Assembly (NCBI RefSeq): GCF_040938485.1
Contig: NW_027270946.1
Span: 868,001 to 932,000 of the forward strand
Direction of reading: 5' to 3'
DNA length: 64,000 nt
Source: Diadema antillarum
Lineage: Eukaryota
Shown: piece by piece, positions 36,195 through 55,125 of the stretch
How positions within the stretch are numbered: the stretch's first letter is position 1
How the letters are laid out: each line of letters begins with the position of its first letter
Position numbers and translations under genes: made by a program
Notes under the pieces: generated by a model
The model's database searches: none
Seen by the model: the letters and a program-made list of their open reading frames with translations, nothing else
What the model was told of the DNA's origin: nothing

Positions 36195-38353
36195 TGATTA
36201 GGGTTGTGAAGTTTGGATACGATGTAGTCAATGTACTGTACAACCTTCAGAAAAATAGATTTAGGGATGCATGATTTTTCAGTCTTTAAAATCATGTCAT
36301 AGCAGAAAAGTACTGTCCATTCTAATCTACATTTCAAAACATGCTGCATGCAGTGTTCATTCTGGAAACCGTAATTAGTATATTGCAAAGCAAATCTGTT
36401 ATATATAAGCAAGTGGTAAACTGAACACATGCCATGTATAGAGTACATAAGTTGAAAGACAAGCATGAACACAAAAGTGAGCAGGTAAACAGTTTATCTT
36501 CAGATCAGATTTGGCAGAATTTTGAGACTTCATCCTCAAATAGGCAAGGCGCACTTATCCTTTTTACAATTGAAATAAAGACTTCATGGAAAATTGTACA
36601 ATGTTGAATTCAAAGGAATCATTTTGTATTGTGTATCATTGAGAGCACACTGTCAGACTGTTTTGTCCTCAGTTTAGCAGTCCACATAAATTAATCTGCC
36701 CTAGTGCTGGCAAGTTGCCTACAACATAAACAATGCGAGGGGAATGGGGCCCATGTTATGGGCTTGTAATTGGGAATGAGAAGACTTGAGATTTTGCATA
36801 ATTCACTCTTATTCAGGTAGGAATATACAGGTAGTCTGACACATTGTGTTGTGTGGATATATTGCCCTTCAACTTTAAGTGACGTCATTGTAAGAAGTGG
36901 AACGGAAAGAAATGCTTTTGACAAGTAAGACAGCCCAGTCTTCGTAGACTGGTACTGGTGCATGCATGTGGATAAAACCCATAAAGAGGTGTAGAGCTTG
37001 AACAAAGATGAATCAAACAAGTGTTCTGTATTTAGATTCCTCAAATGTCCCTCCTAAAATATGTGAAAAAACCGTTGATTGTTATAAAGCCAAAAGTTGT
37101 TGTCAAAGCCAAAAAGAAAATCACAAAGCTGGCACTGAAATTATTCTTAGCAAATGTGATGCCAAGACTTGATTTGTTTGTTTTTATATAATATATGTAT
37201 GCTCTTCGCAAGTCTTCAAGAATCTTGATTTGCTGTTTAGTTAGCAATACATGTAAACTTTGCACAGTATATAACACATTGGAAAGAGTAAATATAGCAG
37301 TGCCATTGAGTAAGAAAGCTGCAAATATCAGAGGAGTGTGTAGAGTTAGAAGTAAAGACTGTTTGTTGGAACAATGCCCTTTGAAGGCACAGTGCACACA
37401 ATGTACCAGTCACCAAATCAAGAACTGCATTTCATACCCCACAATCTGAAAATCCTCAAATAACTATTGGGATTTCCAATAAGAGGAATGTTTGACCAGT
37501 TATGCTAAATCTTTCATGACAAAACACCATAAACTGCATACTAAAGAGTATACAGTGTGCACATATACCAGTATGTATTTTTGCTACTGTCCAAAGGCAT
37601 ACTAAATACTAAATAAAAAGCAGAAGAGCATCATGAACATTTGTCACTTGCTGCAATATCCACATTTTTCAGTGCTGAAATGTCCTTTTCTTTGGGTGTT
37701 AAACTGCAGTCTCCAACCAGTTAAAGTCAGTCTGAAAAGATAGAATAAAATTTGTTGAGGACATCAATAAAACTTTAATCAAAATCTGGTAGAAATATCA
37801 AAGGGAAGTTTTGACATGCTGGATTTGGCTCATTTTTGCTAAACAGTTCTCTCAAACAGTTGATGCAAGTGAATGAGCTGATGATGTCATCACACAATTT
37901 TATATTGATCATGAACAGTACATTGTTTCAAAAACTCAACAACATTTAATTTTTCTCCTATAAAAGTGAAAAGCATAATGTTGCTGAATAACTTTAGAAT
38001 AATGATCAATGAGTTAAATAGGTATTGGGATTCAAGACCAAAGCATATTTGTGTTTGAACAAAAGACTGGAAATTTGAAGATTTCATGTATGAGCTATGA
38101 TGGCAATTGTGAGAGGATGACATCATTATCTCACCCATATGTTCGTATTGACCATTCGAGAATTGACGTGTAAATATTATTGAAATTTTACAATAATATA
38201 ACTTCCATAATTTTATCTACATGTAATTTGTACCAGATTTTCACTGTTGTGCTTACCAAATTTGACTCTTTCTCTTCAGACTAACTTTCATCTGGTCCAA
38301 AGTTGGCCTTTAATTATGAACAATATCTGCACACTAGTAGCCTCACACCTTAA

Positions 38354-38608
<255 letters not shown>

Positions 38609-39082
38609 TAGGACGTTCGAAGGAGTGCCACAGAGACCAAAATCATGATCCATGAATCATGTTGATAATGATCATAATACACTGTATACACAGTACATTT
38701 TCCATGTACACTGAACATATATTCAAATGCAAGTGTTGAATGCCAAGTGTGCAATGAAGTTTGTCATATGTGCATTCATCCTTATCTATCCAAACTGTTC
38801 AATTTAAGTTATTTGTACAGTGTATGTTGTGGCTGTTTTTGTTTGTTTCTGTCATTATATTATTATTTCATTTATTTGAGTTGTCATGGAGCGGAACATT
38901 ATTGATGTCATCGTTGATGTTTATTAGATATGTCCCAGGTGATCGAACTTGTTTTTCTATGAAAATATTCAGTTCATTTTTAATAGTAAATAATCAGGAA
39001 GACTCAAACAGCACGCATTCTTAGGAAAGTATTACACAGAGCGATCATGCCCTGTCAGTCAGATCAAATGAAAGCTGAATGA

Positions 39083-42845
<3,763 letters not shown>

Positions 42846-43474
42846 GTTTTGTGGCTACACAGAATTGATAAACTGGGTGTTTTTTATTTGCCATCTTCAA
42901 GACCTGTGGTTTTGCATTGTTTTGTGTCTATGCAGAATTGATTTGCTGGTTATTTGCTGTTGTAGTATTGTGGGATATATTAATTTTATGTGTGTACTAT
43001 ACCTCGTGCACAGAAGAACTCTGAATAGAATTTAATGCATAGCAACCCTTTTTGTCAAACATTCGGCTCATAACTTGTAACCTTTTGTATGCCCAGGTAT
43101 TTACCTTAACTTGCCAAGCAACAGCATTCAGTATTGACTGTGTTGTAAATTTAGCAAGCCCACTCAGGTGTGGCAGTTTGCCTGAAGTCCAAAAGAAAGG
43201 CCATGGGAGTACCATAGGAGTTTAATAGGTCATCTCTGTTCATTGACAGAAAGTTTCCAAACATCTGTGCCAATTGGTGAAGTAAGCGCCATAAAAATCA
43301 ATTGGACAGAGGTGAACCTCTTTCAACTTTGTCAATATGGCAGGATGCTACACAACTTTATTTCACCACTTGTCCAGTCGGGCAAGCAGGTTTTCAAATT
43401 TGCTGCAAAACACTTGCCCGAACATTAATTTTACCAGCCTGAAAAGAAAGTAAGAGATACAAGGAAATAATATA

Positions 43475-44175
43475 CGGCGTGTCTCTAAAAAAAGTAAACC
43501 CAACTTCAACGGCAAATTTTCAGAAAATTATAAAATATTTACACATTATTTTGTCATGGTTACATAGTCCAGTAAGTCCTCTTTCCAATGATACCATGTA
43601 GGTTATGTAACTCTCATGCATGACTGAGCATGATTCAACTTAGTGAATGGGTGTGAAATCATCACTGTGGCAAGTTCTGTGATCAGCATACTTTCTCACA
43701 TTGTACCAGATGGCTCTTTTTGTTGGAGGCTGCCTGTCGGGGGAACTGCACCCGAAAAGCCTCTTGAACTTCCACGAAACTTCTTGTTTCCTGGTATCGA
43801 GTAGCCAGGAATACTCTCTGCTCAATTGTCAACTGTACCATGTTTGGAAAGCATGTGAAGTGTGCCTGTGTCAGGAACAACCTTTGCTGAAGTTGTTATG
43901 TAATCATAGGCCTAACATGTGACAAAAATTTAACTTCAAATATGGCCTGAATGCATGACAATAGCAAGAAATAACTTGCCACAGTGATAATTTCACACCC
44001 ATTCACTCAGTTGAATCATGCTCAGTCATGCATGAGAATTACATAACCTACATGGTATCATTGGATAGAGGACTTATTGGACTATCTGACCATGAAAAAA
44101 TAATGTGCAAATATTTTTTAGTTTTCTGAAAATTTGCTGTTGAAGTTGGGTTTACTTTTTTTTAGAGACACACTG
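43475..44175 (-). mobile_element. Internally deleted Tc1/mariner element with ~205-bp TIRs and an N-terminal transposase remnant
   Basis: TA TSDs and long TIRs. Minus strand from 43841 reads MVQLTIEQRVFLATRYQETRSFVEVQEAFRVQFP, then after a frameshift DRQPPTKRAIWYNVRKY, resembling the DUF4817-type HTH of mariner-like transposases. Confidence 0.8.
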
Positions 44176-46094
44176 TATAAGATCGTGTGTAAGTCAAGGG
44201 CTTATAGAACACAGTCTTTTGAATAAACAGCACACATTGATTCACAAGCTTGAACACATTCGAGTAACAAACTTGGTTTGATCAAGTGTTGTCGTTGCAT
44301 TGCATTGCTTTGTATTGCATTGGAGCTTCTTCATGTAAGTGTTTGGAAGTTGCTGAATTGAAATATAAAGTGCGTTGCATCACTAAACAGCCATTGCCTT
44401 TGGGCTCCTGTATGGTTGACTTCTTTGGGTTCATTGGGGGGAGGGGGATAAGGGGAAAAAGAAGGCTTCAAAATTTGGGCAAGCAGTTGTTCTCATTGTT
44501 CAAAAACACTTGCTCAAATTTGATTTTCACTTGCCCCAGGCAATCAGGCAAGTGCTTATGATGTAGCACCCTGATGGAACATCATTTGATTACTCCCAAC
44601 TTTTCCTATCAAAGCACTGTCTACGTACTTCCTTTTCATCATATTGACTGACGCGAGACCTTGACAATGTCTTTTCCCTTGCTCATGAGAATATGTACGA
44701 CACTTATATGTTTAAATTACCAGTGTCGTGCGATTACAATGAAATTTGGCACACGACATGTGACACCCATGTTGTAATCTGCAAGATTCTGTCCTAAGAT
44801 TTTTTGAAATTATCAGTTTCTAATTCTAATTAATTGATTATGTGAATTAAGCCCAAATTCTTATCTTAACTTAATTAAAGGCATTGAAAGTGTGCTTCTT
44901 TGTTTGTATCTCTGTTTTAAGATATTCAACAATTCTACATAAAAAACTTCCAAAAGTCATATCAAATTGTATGTATTTTATCATTTTCAGAATTTCTAAT
45001 GTATTTCCTTTTTTTGGCCATTGTTTTTTCTTTGGTTTTTATTGGAAATTATCATTGATCACTTTTCTACCATAATTAGCATGAAACTAATCAATCAAAA
45101 TGATACATAGTCAGGTCTTTATGAATTTCATGACAGAGCACTGTTTTCCATAGGAAATGTACACAAAATCAAAAAAAATTGTGCCCGTTTTGGGGTGACA
45201 TGCAGTTACAAAAGTGGGCGTGGCTTTGTAATAGTACACATGGACATTGCAAATTTGGTCTCAAAAGTTGGGTGAGACTTTAACAAACAGGGTCAAGAAG
45301 CCTCATGACAAGGCCTTTTTGCATTGCAGAATTATTGCACGAAACATCAAAGGGGAGGGTGGAGTCCCCCCCCCCCCCCCCCCCCCCCCCAATCCATTTA
45401 GGGTTGAAGCACTTTTTGGGCTCTATTAGCTTGTGGGCTATCAGCAATGTCAAGTGGAAAGGCAGTTTCAAAGCTTCTATTGTTAAGACTACAATGAGTT
45501 TCCAGGTGACTGGATTATCCATGCACGAGGGATTGTGTCTTCCTTTTCCTCCTTTAGTGAGGTTGAGGGATTACCTGTAATCAGGCTCCTTGACAAATCT
45601 CTTTCAAACCAGTGACAGTTTTGTCATGGATGGATGCAATCTCCTTCTTTGAAATAAAATGGACTGATTTTACTTTATAACAATATTTCCCACTTACCCC
45701 AGCCCAAGATTACTTGGGATTAGTATTAAACACCATGTTTCCACCTGGCATTGTTGATGGCCTGGCAGTTAGTGGAGCGAGGGAAGAATTTGGATGAGTC
45801 CTAACTCTACTCTCAAGAGCAATCTGAACCAGTCCAGTGGGCAAGATTGGGAATTTAGTGATTATCTCCATTCCTGGGTGAATCAAACTTTTCATCACTT
45901 TCCAGGTCAGGGTGTATTAGATTTACGCCCTTACCTACATGTTTTGGTATGCTGAGTATCATATAGTTTTTGCAGCTCATGATATTAGTCCTATATCACT
46001 GAATGCAACAATGGGAGATACTAAAGTCAGATAGTATTGCAGCCCATTGATACTTGTTGACAGTGTCGCATTTTGAAGTTCTGATAAAATTTGA

Positions 46095-48217
<2,123 letters not shown>

Positions 48218-48756
48218 TAGACCATGGGTTAAAAAACAAACAAACAAAAAACACACACATAACCAAACCTGATGCCATAGTTACATACTATCTGTGGATT
48301 ATGGCCAGTCATCATGACCGCAGAACATTATGTTAGCATATGTCAGTTGGGTCATTCACTTATCAGTTATGTATATTCTACATAAGAATTTGTGCGATCA
48401 ATTTATTTGTGTGTGTATGTGTGTGTATGTGTGTATGCATCATCTCAATTGATAGATATTCTCCCAAAACGTTTTAAAAAAGGAATAAAAGGAAAGGAAT
48501 CTCTGTGCATCTGAAAACTCTTGAGTTTGTGCATGAGCACAGTTAACATGAACCATCAGTAGAGAATGTAGACTGTTATTAATACCAGATAAAAGTCCAT
48601 TTTGCTCTCAGAAGTTTTTGTGACTCATACTTTAAAATGGTTGTACCCCTTTTGCAAACATCACAAAATTTTGCATGGTATAAGAATAGTGTCTCCAGGC
48701 ATCGTGTGTGAAATATTGTGGTTACGCACCTGAAGAGTTTTTACAAAAGAAATTGA

Positions 48757-48972
48757 TACTGTATATGCTGTTATTTTCACGTACAAATATTTTTGCAAAT
48801 GCAGAGATCACGCGAGATGATGTTTTCACAATTTGACACCAAGGCTATCATAAATGCACTAATGCCTGTCAGTTCGAGATATTTTCGCGTGTTGTTACAT
48901 GTGCAGTCCAACAGTGATTTGCAAAATTCGTGAAAGTCAAACCCTCACGAAAATAACACTTTTTATACAGTA
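48757..48972. mobile_element. TACTGTA-ended MITE
   Basis: TACTGTATATGCTGTTATTTTCACG / CGAAAATAACACTTTTTATACAGTA. A related element is seen near 51480-51660. Confidence 0.5.
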
Positions 48973-49415
48973 ATTAACCCCATGGCACTTGAGTATATGC
49001 TCCAGTTTGTACCAAGAATTACGGTGGAATTTAACAAGGTCTGAATATATTCACTGGGTATCTATAGCTATCCATTCCCCCTCCATCCTAAAGAAATTGT
49101 TGTTTTATTATTCTGAGCGAAGGTCTAACTTACCTACCTGTACAAGATACCAGCTTATGAAAGGAATGTAATTTTCAGGTTTTGCAAAAGAGACTCAAAT
49201 TTTAAGACACTGCATTTGTGAGGAACAGATTCAATCGAAATACATTTTTTTTCTTTCTCCCCCTGCCCCCTTTTCTTCTGAAATATCGACTTTTTAGCAC
49301 ATAATGGCCTGAATTCACAAAAGTGGTGCAATTGAAACCATGGTTTCGATTGTACCACCTTCGTGGATTCGGGCCAAAATATCGGTTGATTCTATGAGTA
49401 GACTTCTGATACTTA

Positions 49416-50006
49416 GACCCCGTTTACAGTGCGGGGCTGGGCCGAGCCGCGGCCGAGCCGTGGCCGAGCCCAGCCTCAATTGCGAGGCCGGGCCCCGCAA
49501 TTTTGTCCGTTTACACTGCCGGGCTCGGCCGCGCTTTTGATTCAAACCTTTCAATATTTTGTCGTAGTGGCGCTCTGCTTGTAAATAAACGCAATTTGGT
49601 ATTGTCTGGTTTTCAGACCCTTTGCCAAATGAATTCCTTGGCGACTTCAGTCGCCGTTCGGGCAAAGGCCTTTACCGAAGGAAAAAATCCTTTGCAGGAC
49701 AAAACCACCTTAAACTATACTAGTTTTCAACGTTGAGGGGGTTAATATCCTGCACAGCGAAATAGTACAGGCAGAGGGTTTGGAAGCCAGACTAAAATTG
49801 GCCGCGCATTTGGCCCAGTTTACGTTTACACTGAGAAAAGGCCGGGCTCAGCCGCGGCTCGGCCACGGCCGAGACCACCTCGAGAGCGAGACCAAATGTG
49901 AGGCCAATTTTGGCCCCGCATTTGGCCTTTTGCGCGTTCACACTGAAGCGGGGCTGGGCACAGCCGCTGCCGAGCCGCGGCCGAGTCTCGCACTGTAAAC
50001 GGGGTC
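49416..50006. mobile_element. GC-rich PIF/Harbinger-like MITE
   Basis: 18-bp TIR GACCCCGTTTACAGTGCG / CGCACTGTAAACGGGGTC, subterminal GGCCGAGCC arrays in inverted orientation. Left flank TTA, right flank CAA, so the TSD is imperfect. Confidence 0.6.
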
Positions 50007-50187
50007 CAATTGATCTTACTGATGTTATCCAAAGAAATATACTGTTGTGGATATCCATCCTTTGTCTTTTTTATGCTCCTGTGCTCCTTTAACCTAATGT
50101 TGTTATCTTAAGTCCAGCTGCCATCCCTAAATCAACATACATTTCACTATGTTCTTTTCTTTCCTTTTCTGTTTTTTTCTTTTCCAG

Positions 50188-50243
50188 CATTGAAAGAAAC
50201 GGTCGACTGGTTTGTGGAAAATTATGACATTGCTCGCAAGTAG
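50188..50243 (+). CDS. GFUS: GDP-L-fucose synthase, last coding exon
   Basis: (A)LKETVDWFVENYDIARK then TAG, with a strong pyrimidine tract. Spliced CDS 972 nt, 323 aa. Confidence 0.96.
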
Positions 50244-50880
50244 GAATCCCACCATTGTTTTCACCATCGCCTGCTTCCATGGATTAATGTATAGAAGATA
50301 ACCAGAGTTCTCTGATTCTATGAATCATTTTCTATTTCAGATTCTTTATCTGTAGTAAAAGAATATTTTTGTTCTCATTGATTAGATAGTTTTTACTTAC
50401 TTAATGTTAATTCAATAGTAGATACATTCTTTAAATTTCACTGTGATTTCCCATCTTTGACATATATGTATTTTGTCTGGCCCTATTTATTCCACAAGTG
50501 TTCTCCACATAAAAATTGATTTGAGATTTTTGTTATTTGGTTATTTTTTCATCAGTAGGATGATTACAGTGTGGCGCTGTATGAACAGAGGAAGTTGTTA
50601 TACTAAAACCAGACAGTTCTGTGTGCTTGAAACTTCTGTGAATTTTGCAAGGAGGTAAGATTCGCTCGAGTTAAATGCACTCGGAAGTTATTGTCTACAC
50701 AATGCATTGAATGCCAGTGGTAATTCATGAAAGTTTCATGCACTGAGACAGGCGGCTGTCAGCTCCAGTTCACAAAAGTTTGATGCTGCAAAAAAAGCCG
50801 TAGACTCCAATTCGCAAAAAAAAAGTTCATGCAGCAAATGTTACTGGTTGAACAGTATGTTTGTGTCGGTCAGTGACCTC

Positions 50881-50886
50881 AATAAA
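50881..50886 (+). terminator. Candidate GFUS polyadenylation signal
   Basis: First AATAAA I found after the stop codon, followed by GT-rich sequence. A more distal ATTAAA lies at 54612. Confidence 0.35.
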
Positions 50887-50950
50887 TTTGTGACCAGTTT
50901 CATTGGTGTGTGTTCATTTCCGATTGATTAATACAGGCCAGTGTGTGATG

Positions 50951-51204
50951 CAGAGACTCCAACCCTCCCGTTTTCGACGGGAGATCTCCTGCCGAAAGCC
51001 CATTTTTGCAAAATCTCCCGTTCTCCCGTTTGAGATTTGATTTCTCCCGCCCTAGCTCTGTGTCTCCCGGTGGAAAGGATTTCTTACTTATTGCTATCGT
51101 ATGTTGAAAAAATAAGCCTTAGATAGCACCAGAGAACATCTAAAACCGTAGGAACTTCGCGCTTCGCACACATCAACTTGGAGTCTCCCGTTTGTTAGGG
51201 GTTT

Positions 51205-51237
<33 letters not shown>

Positions 51238-51277
51238 GAATCCCCAGATCAGAAGGTGCTTGGGGTTGGAGTCTCTG
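50951..51277. mobile_element. CAG-ended (hAT-like) MITE with 6-bp TSD
   Basis: 15-bp perfect TIR CAGAGACTCCAACCC / GGGTTGGAGTCTCTG, GTGATG on both sides, CTCCCG subterminal repeats, internal long G tract. Confidence 0.75.
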
Positions 51278-52443
51278 GTGATGTTCCAAGTGGACGGTGC
51301 CAGTTTACAAGTTTTTTCAACCTTTTGAGTAGTTTCATTTAACTTGGAGTGCCTCCTGTGTGGAATGTAAGGAATGCAGTGGTTTCCCAGACATGACTCT
51401 GTCACTCTGAAAAATGTTTGCAATGAGGAAACAAACAAGGATGTTACATTAACATCCAGTTTATTGCTAGCAGAAATACACACTGTAAAACCAGAAACAC
51501 TTGCGACATGGAAAATTTTGCAAATAGGAGCAGAAGGCCTTTACTGCAGCATGAAACTTTTGCATGCATTTTACTTTTGTTAATCTTGGCTCTTTGCAAA
51601 ATTTGTGAAAGTTTCATGCACACAAAAATTTCTGCTTTTGCAGTATGTGATTTCAATTTCAGCTTGGTGCCAAAATCTCCACATGGCAAAAAATCATGGG
51701 GTAGTGTCACTGGACAAATGTTCCTTAAAAAATGGTGCATAATACCAAATGAAATATCCCAGTTAATCAGACTGTTACAGTACTCCTGCAGTATCTGAGC
51801 ATTTGTTAGAACAATGGATGGTCCTCACTATGTTACACTCTTATGAAGCCTTTTTGATGGAAGTTTTGCTTCAGCTCGAAATCTGTTTTAGTGATGGCAC
51901 ATTATTAATTGCTACAATGGGCTAGCGTTATGACAAGTTATAAGAATTCAGCTGCCCAGTGCCAGTAGGAGAATTATTTTAGTCAGGACAAGTTACAAAC
52001 TATCATATTACAATTTATAAGAATTTGATTGCCATGTGTCAACTATTGAATGCAGATTGAACACCCAAGGGAATCCCTTGTGTGTAGAGTGTAGGTTTGA
52101 CAACATAGATGGGTGTGATCAGATATATTGTAATATACCCCTTGGCATGAAAACAAGTTCATATTTTTCTCGTATTTATCTCCACCAGTGCAAGTAGGTT
52201 AAGCGTGCAAGTAAGTTAAGCGTGCTATTTTAGGCAGGCTGTCTTGATTGCAGTGATTCTATTCTTTGATGTAGCCCAACATTCCAGGTTGATACCGTTC
52301 GTCAATTTTCCCCATCTTCTTCTGGTCATTTAAGGCAAACTGGATATGGTGGGTAGTATTAATGAGTACAGTTTTGGGAATGACTCTCTCCCTCCTCTGA
52401 ATCAAGGGAATTAGTCTTAGGATACATTGATCCCTTCAAACTA

Positions 52444-52625
52444 CAGTCAAACCTGTCATAGTGGCCACCTGTCTATAGCGGCCACCTGCCATATACTACC
52501 ACTATTAAAACTCAACCCACCCAATAACAAAAGTCATGTCAAAGACCCAGTATATGGCGGCCGCCTGTCTACCATGGCCACTTTTTCCATCTCCTTTGGG
52601 TGGCCACTATAGACATGTGTGACTA
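52444..52625. mobile_element. Tigger-like MITE
   Basis: TA then CAGTCAAACCTGTCATAGTGGCCACC ... GGTGGCCACTATAGACATGTGTGACTA then TA. Confidence 0.65.
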
Positions 52626-54810
52626 TAACAGCTTACTAAAGAATAAAAGATGGAAGATGGTCTCTGTAATGTATAGACCAAAACATGTGCGTAATGTCAA
52701 ACATTTAGATGGTCACAATTAAACTACTTTTTTATTCTCCGCAGCAGTAATTACATTCTGGCGGTATTATTGTTCTAAGTTTATCTGCATTGTCATCGCA
52801 AATGTGTAATATGTTATTTAATGTGTGCAGAAGCTGTATTCTCTGTCTGTATCAAGGCGATCATGCATCAGCATAGTGCTAACTTGGGTTGTAATGTGTA
52901 ATAATCTAAACACTGCACATGAACCACACCATGGTAGAATTTAGTTTTTACTTCACGGGCATGCACAGATGCTCAAGAGGTCGAAAGAATGCTGACAAGT
53001 CTAAATTCCATTGCAGAGTATCGATGTTTCACAGTGAGTGAGCATTCCATTAACTCTTCATCTAGAACACTAATCGCTTTAGGTATTGCATAGTCCTAAA
53101 GGCTATTTGCAGTGCAGGTCAACATATTCTCATGAAATTGTTAGGTAATTAAAGTGGTTTGAAGTATGCCTGGAAGCACTGGAAAAGGTTTTTAATGAAA
53201 ACATGAAACATGGAGATTTCTTTTATGAGATAATTCATCCTCTGCAAGTGGAATAGGTGTATACATTGTAATTGTAGAATTCTGAGTATGCAGCCGTGAG
53301 AATGTTGGTTATAGGGTATGTTTGTTCTTTTTTTATTCCAAATTCTTGTATTCCTTTAGTTGTAGGACAATGTTTCATAGGTTTGGAATAGCAGTTTCAG
53401 GGTGAGTTCTCTTCATATATTATTTTAGAGCTGACATGTGTAGATCCTGTGTTTCCCATATATTTCTAACCTGTATTGTCTGCGTCACTAAAGGTTACTC
53501 TTTAAATTCACTAACTCATCACAACATAGCGGTGATGTGGTTTGGTACAGTTGAGAATGATGGAGTACAAACAGATGGGACATGAGTGAATGAGTGTAAT
53601 TAAATTAGTATTAACCCCACAATGTTGCTTTCCTTTTTTTTTTCACATTCTGTCTTACGTTCATACTCTGTTGACAATTGTTGTTTCATATGAATATTTT
53701 TTTTTTAATTCTTTTTCTGTTGAAGAGATGATAATACACAATTATAAGAGTACTTCCTTAATCATTATGAGCATCATTTAGGTATCATGCTTTTAATCAA
53801 TTGAAAATACATAGGAGGCACTGACATGTTAGGGAATCTCCTTGCATATATTTTGTCAATAAGCTGTTACGATGCGAGCATGTGCTGATGAGAGGTTAGT
53901 GCATGCCATCTCTTGGAATTAACTTGCAATTGAGGTATTCTAGAAACTGAATGGGTCTTTTCTTCATGAAAAGTGTATACAGTGTAATTGTGAATGTCCA
54001 TGTGAATGTGTATGTGTGTGTGTGTGTGTGTTTTTCCTAACCAAACTAACAAAAGCTGTTCATGCAGCACTTTACATGTATTAAAATAACCATTGTTAGC
54101 TATTGTCAAGTGCTCTTCTAGTCAGGAGAGTAATCCACATTTGATGGTTCAAAAGTTATTGCAGACCATTGCTAAGTGTGAACAACAAACAGTGTGGCAA
54201 TTTATTTCCCACATCCACCCCCCCCCCCCCCCCCCCCCCGTAAAACAGGCTGCCTCCTAGCTTCATGTCAAATGCATGATATTTTCCTTTCCACGAATGT
54301 CCACCTTGATAGAGAAATGAACAAGATACAGTGATTATGGTTAGTATAGGTCTGCTGTTGTATGCAGATACTTATTATTTATACATAGGCTGAACAGAAT
54401 ACATCTATTTAATGTTCTAATTTATCTAAGAGTACAGTCAAGAATCTGTTTGTTCTTTGTGTAAAAGAAATTCTGTGATTATCAAACGTCTGCCAATTGT
54501 GCAAAATACAAAATTCACAGAAAATACCATGCTGTTATTCATTATGTGTATATTCTAGCTATGTGCCTTTTGAAACAACATCAACCAAGTTGTATGATTT
54601 CTCTGTCAATGATTAAAAATTTTCCTACAAAAAATCCTATTTTTTAACCATGTCTTTGGTATGTGTGAAATGTGTGCATGTACTCGAGCCTATAGCACCC
54701 AGCATTTGCTGAATATTGTGCAAGTCTCCTGCAGACCATAAAATCATAGTTTGTGCACAGGCATGCTAAATCAAATTCCAGGAAAAAAAAATGTATACAC
54801 TGTGTATACT

Positions 54811-54854
<44 letters not shown>

Positions 54855-54951
54855 AGATATGAGAAAGGAAGGAGAAATCGGTGCGTAGCTTTGAAATCAT
54901 TATTCCTCGTTCTGTTCCTCCTTTTCGGAAAAGCGCAAGAGTTGAAAAATT

Positions 54952-55023
54952 GGTCTCTGCTGGGACTTGAACCCGGGTCTTTGGCATGGAACGCCAATGC
55001 CTTAACCGCTCGGCCATGAAGAC
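54952..55023 (-). pseudogene. tRNA-like element (SINE head or tRNA pseudogene), TCC anticodon loop
   Basis: Minus strand GTCTTCATGGCCGAGCGGTTAAGGCATTGGCGTTCCATGCCAAAGACCCGGGTTCAAGTCCCAGCAGAGACC: A box, B box, 5-bp anticodon stem, imperfect acceptor stem, TTTTT just downstream. Confidence 0.65.
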
Positions 55024-55125
55024 GTCATAGCGGTTCAGGCAGACCCAAGCTCGAATACCCGACGGACCAACCCTTCAGCTCTTTATACGCATGTTCCTTT
55101 TTGGGGGCAGAGAGTTATGAATATA

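Noticed and set aside
54644-55019. ORFs with IYIYIY runs (also near 11.9, 22.1 and 56.9 kb)
   Set aside because: Translations of (AT)n microsatellites.
54952-55023. Functional tRNA-Gly(TCC) gene
   Set aside because: Acceptor- and T-stem mismatches and a non-Gly D-arm; kept only as a tRNA-like element.
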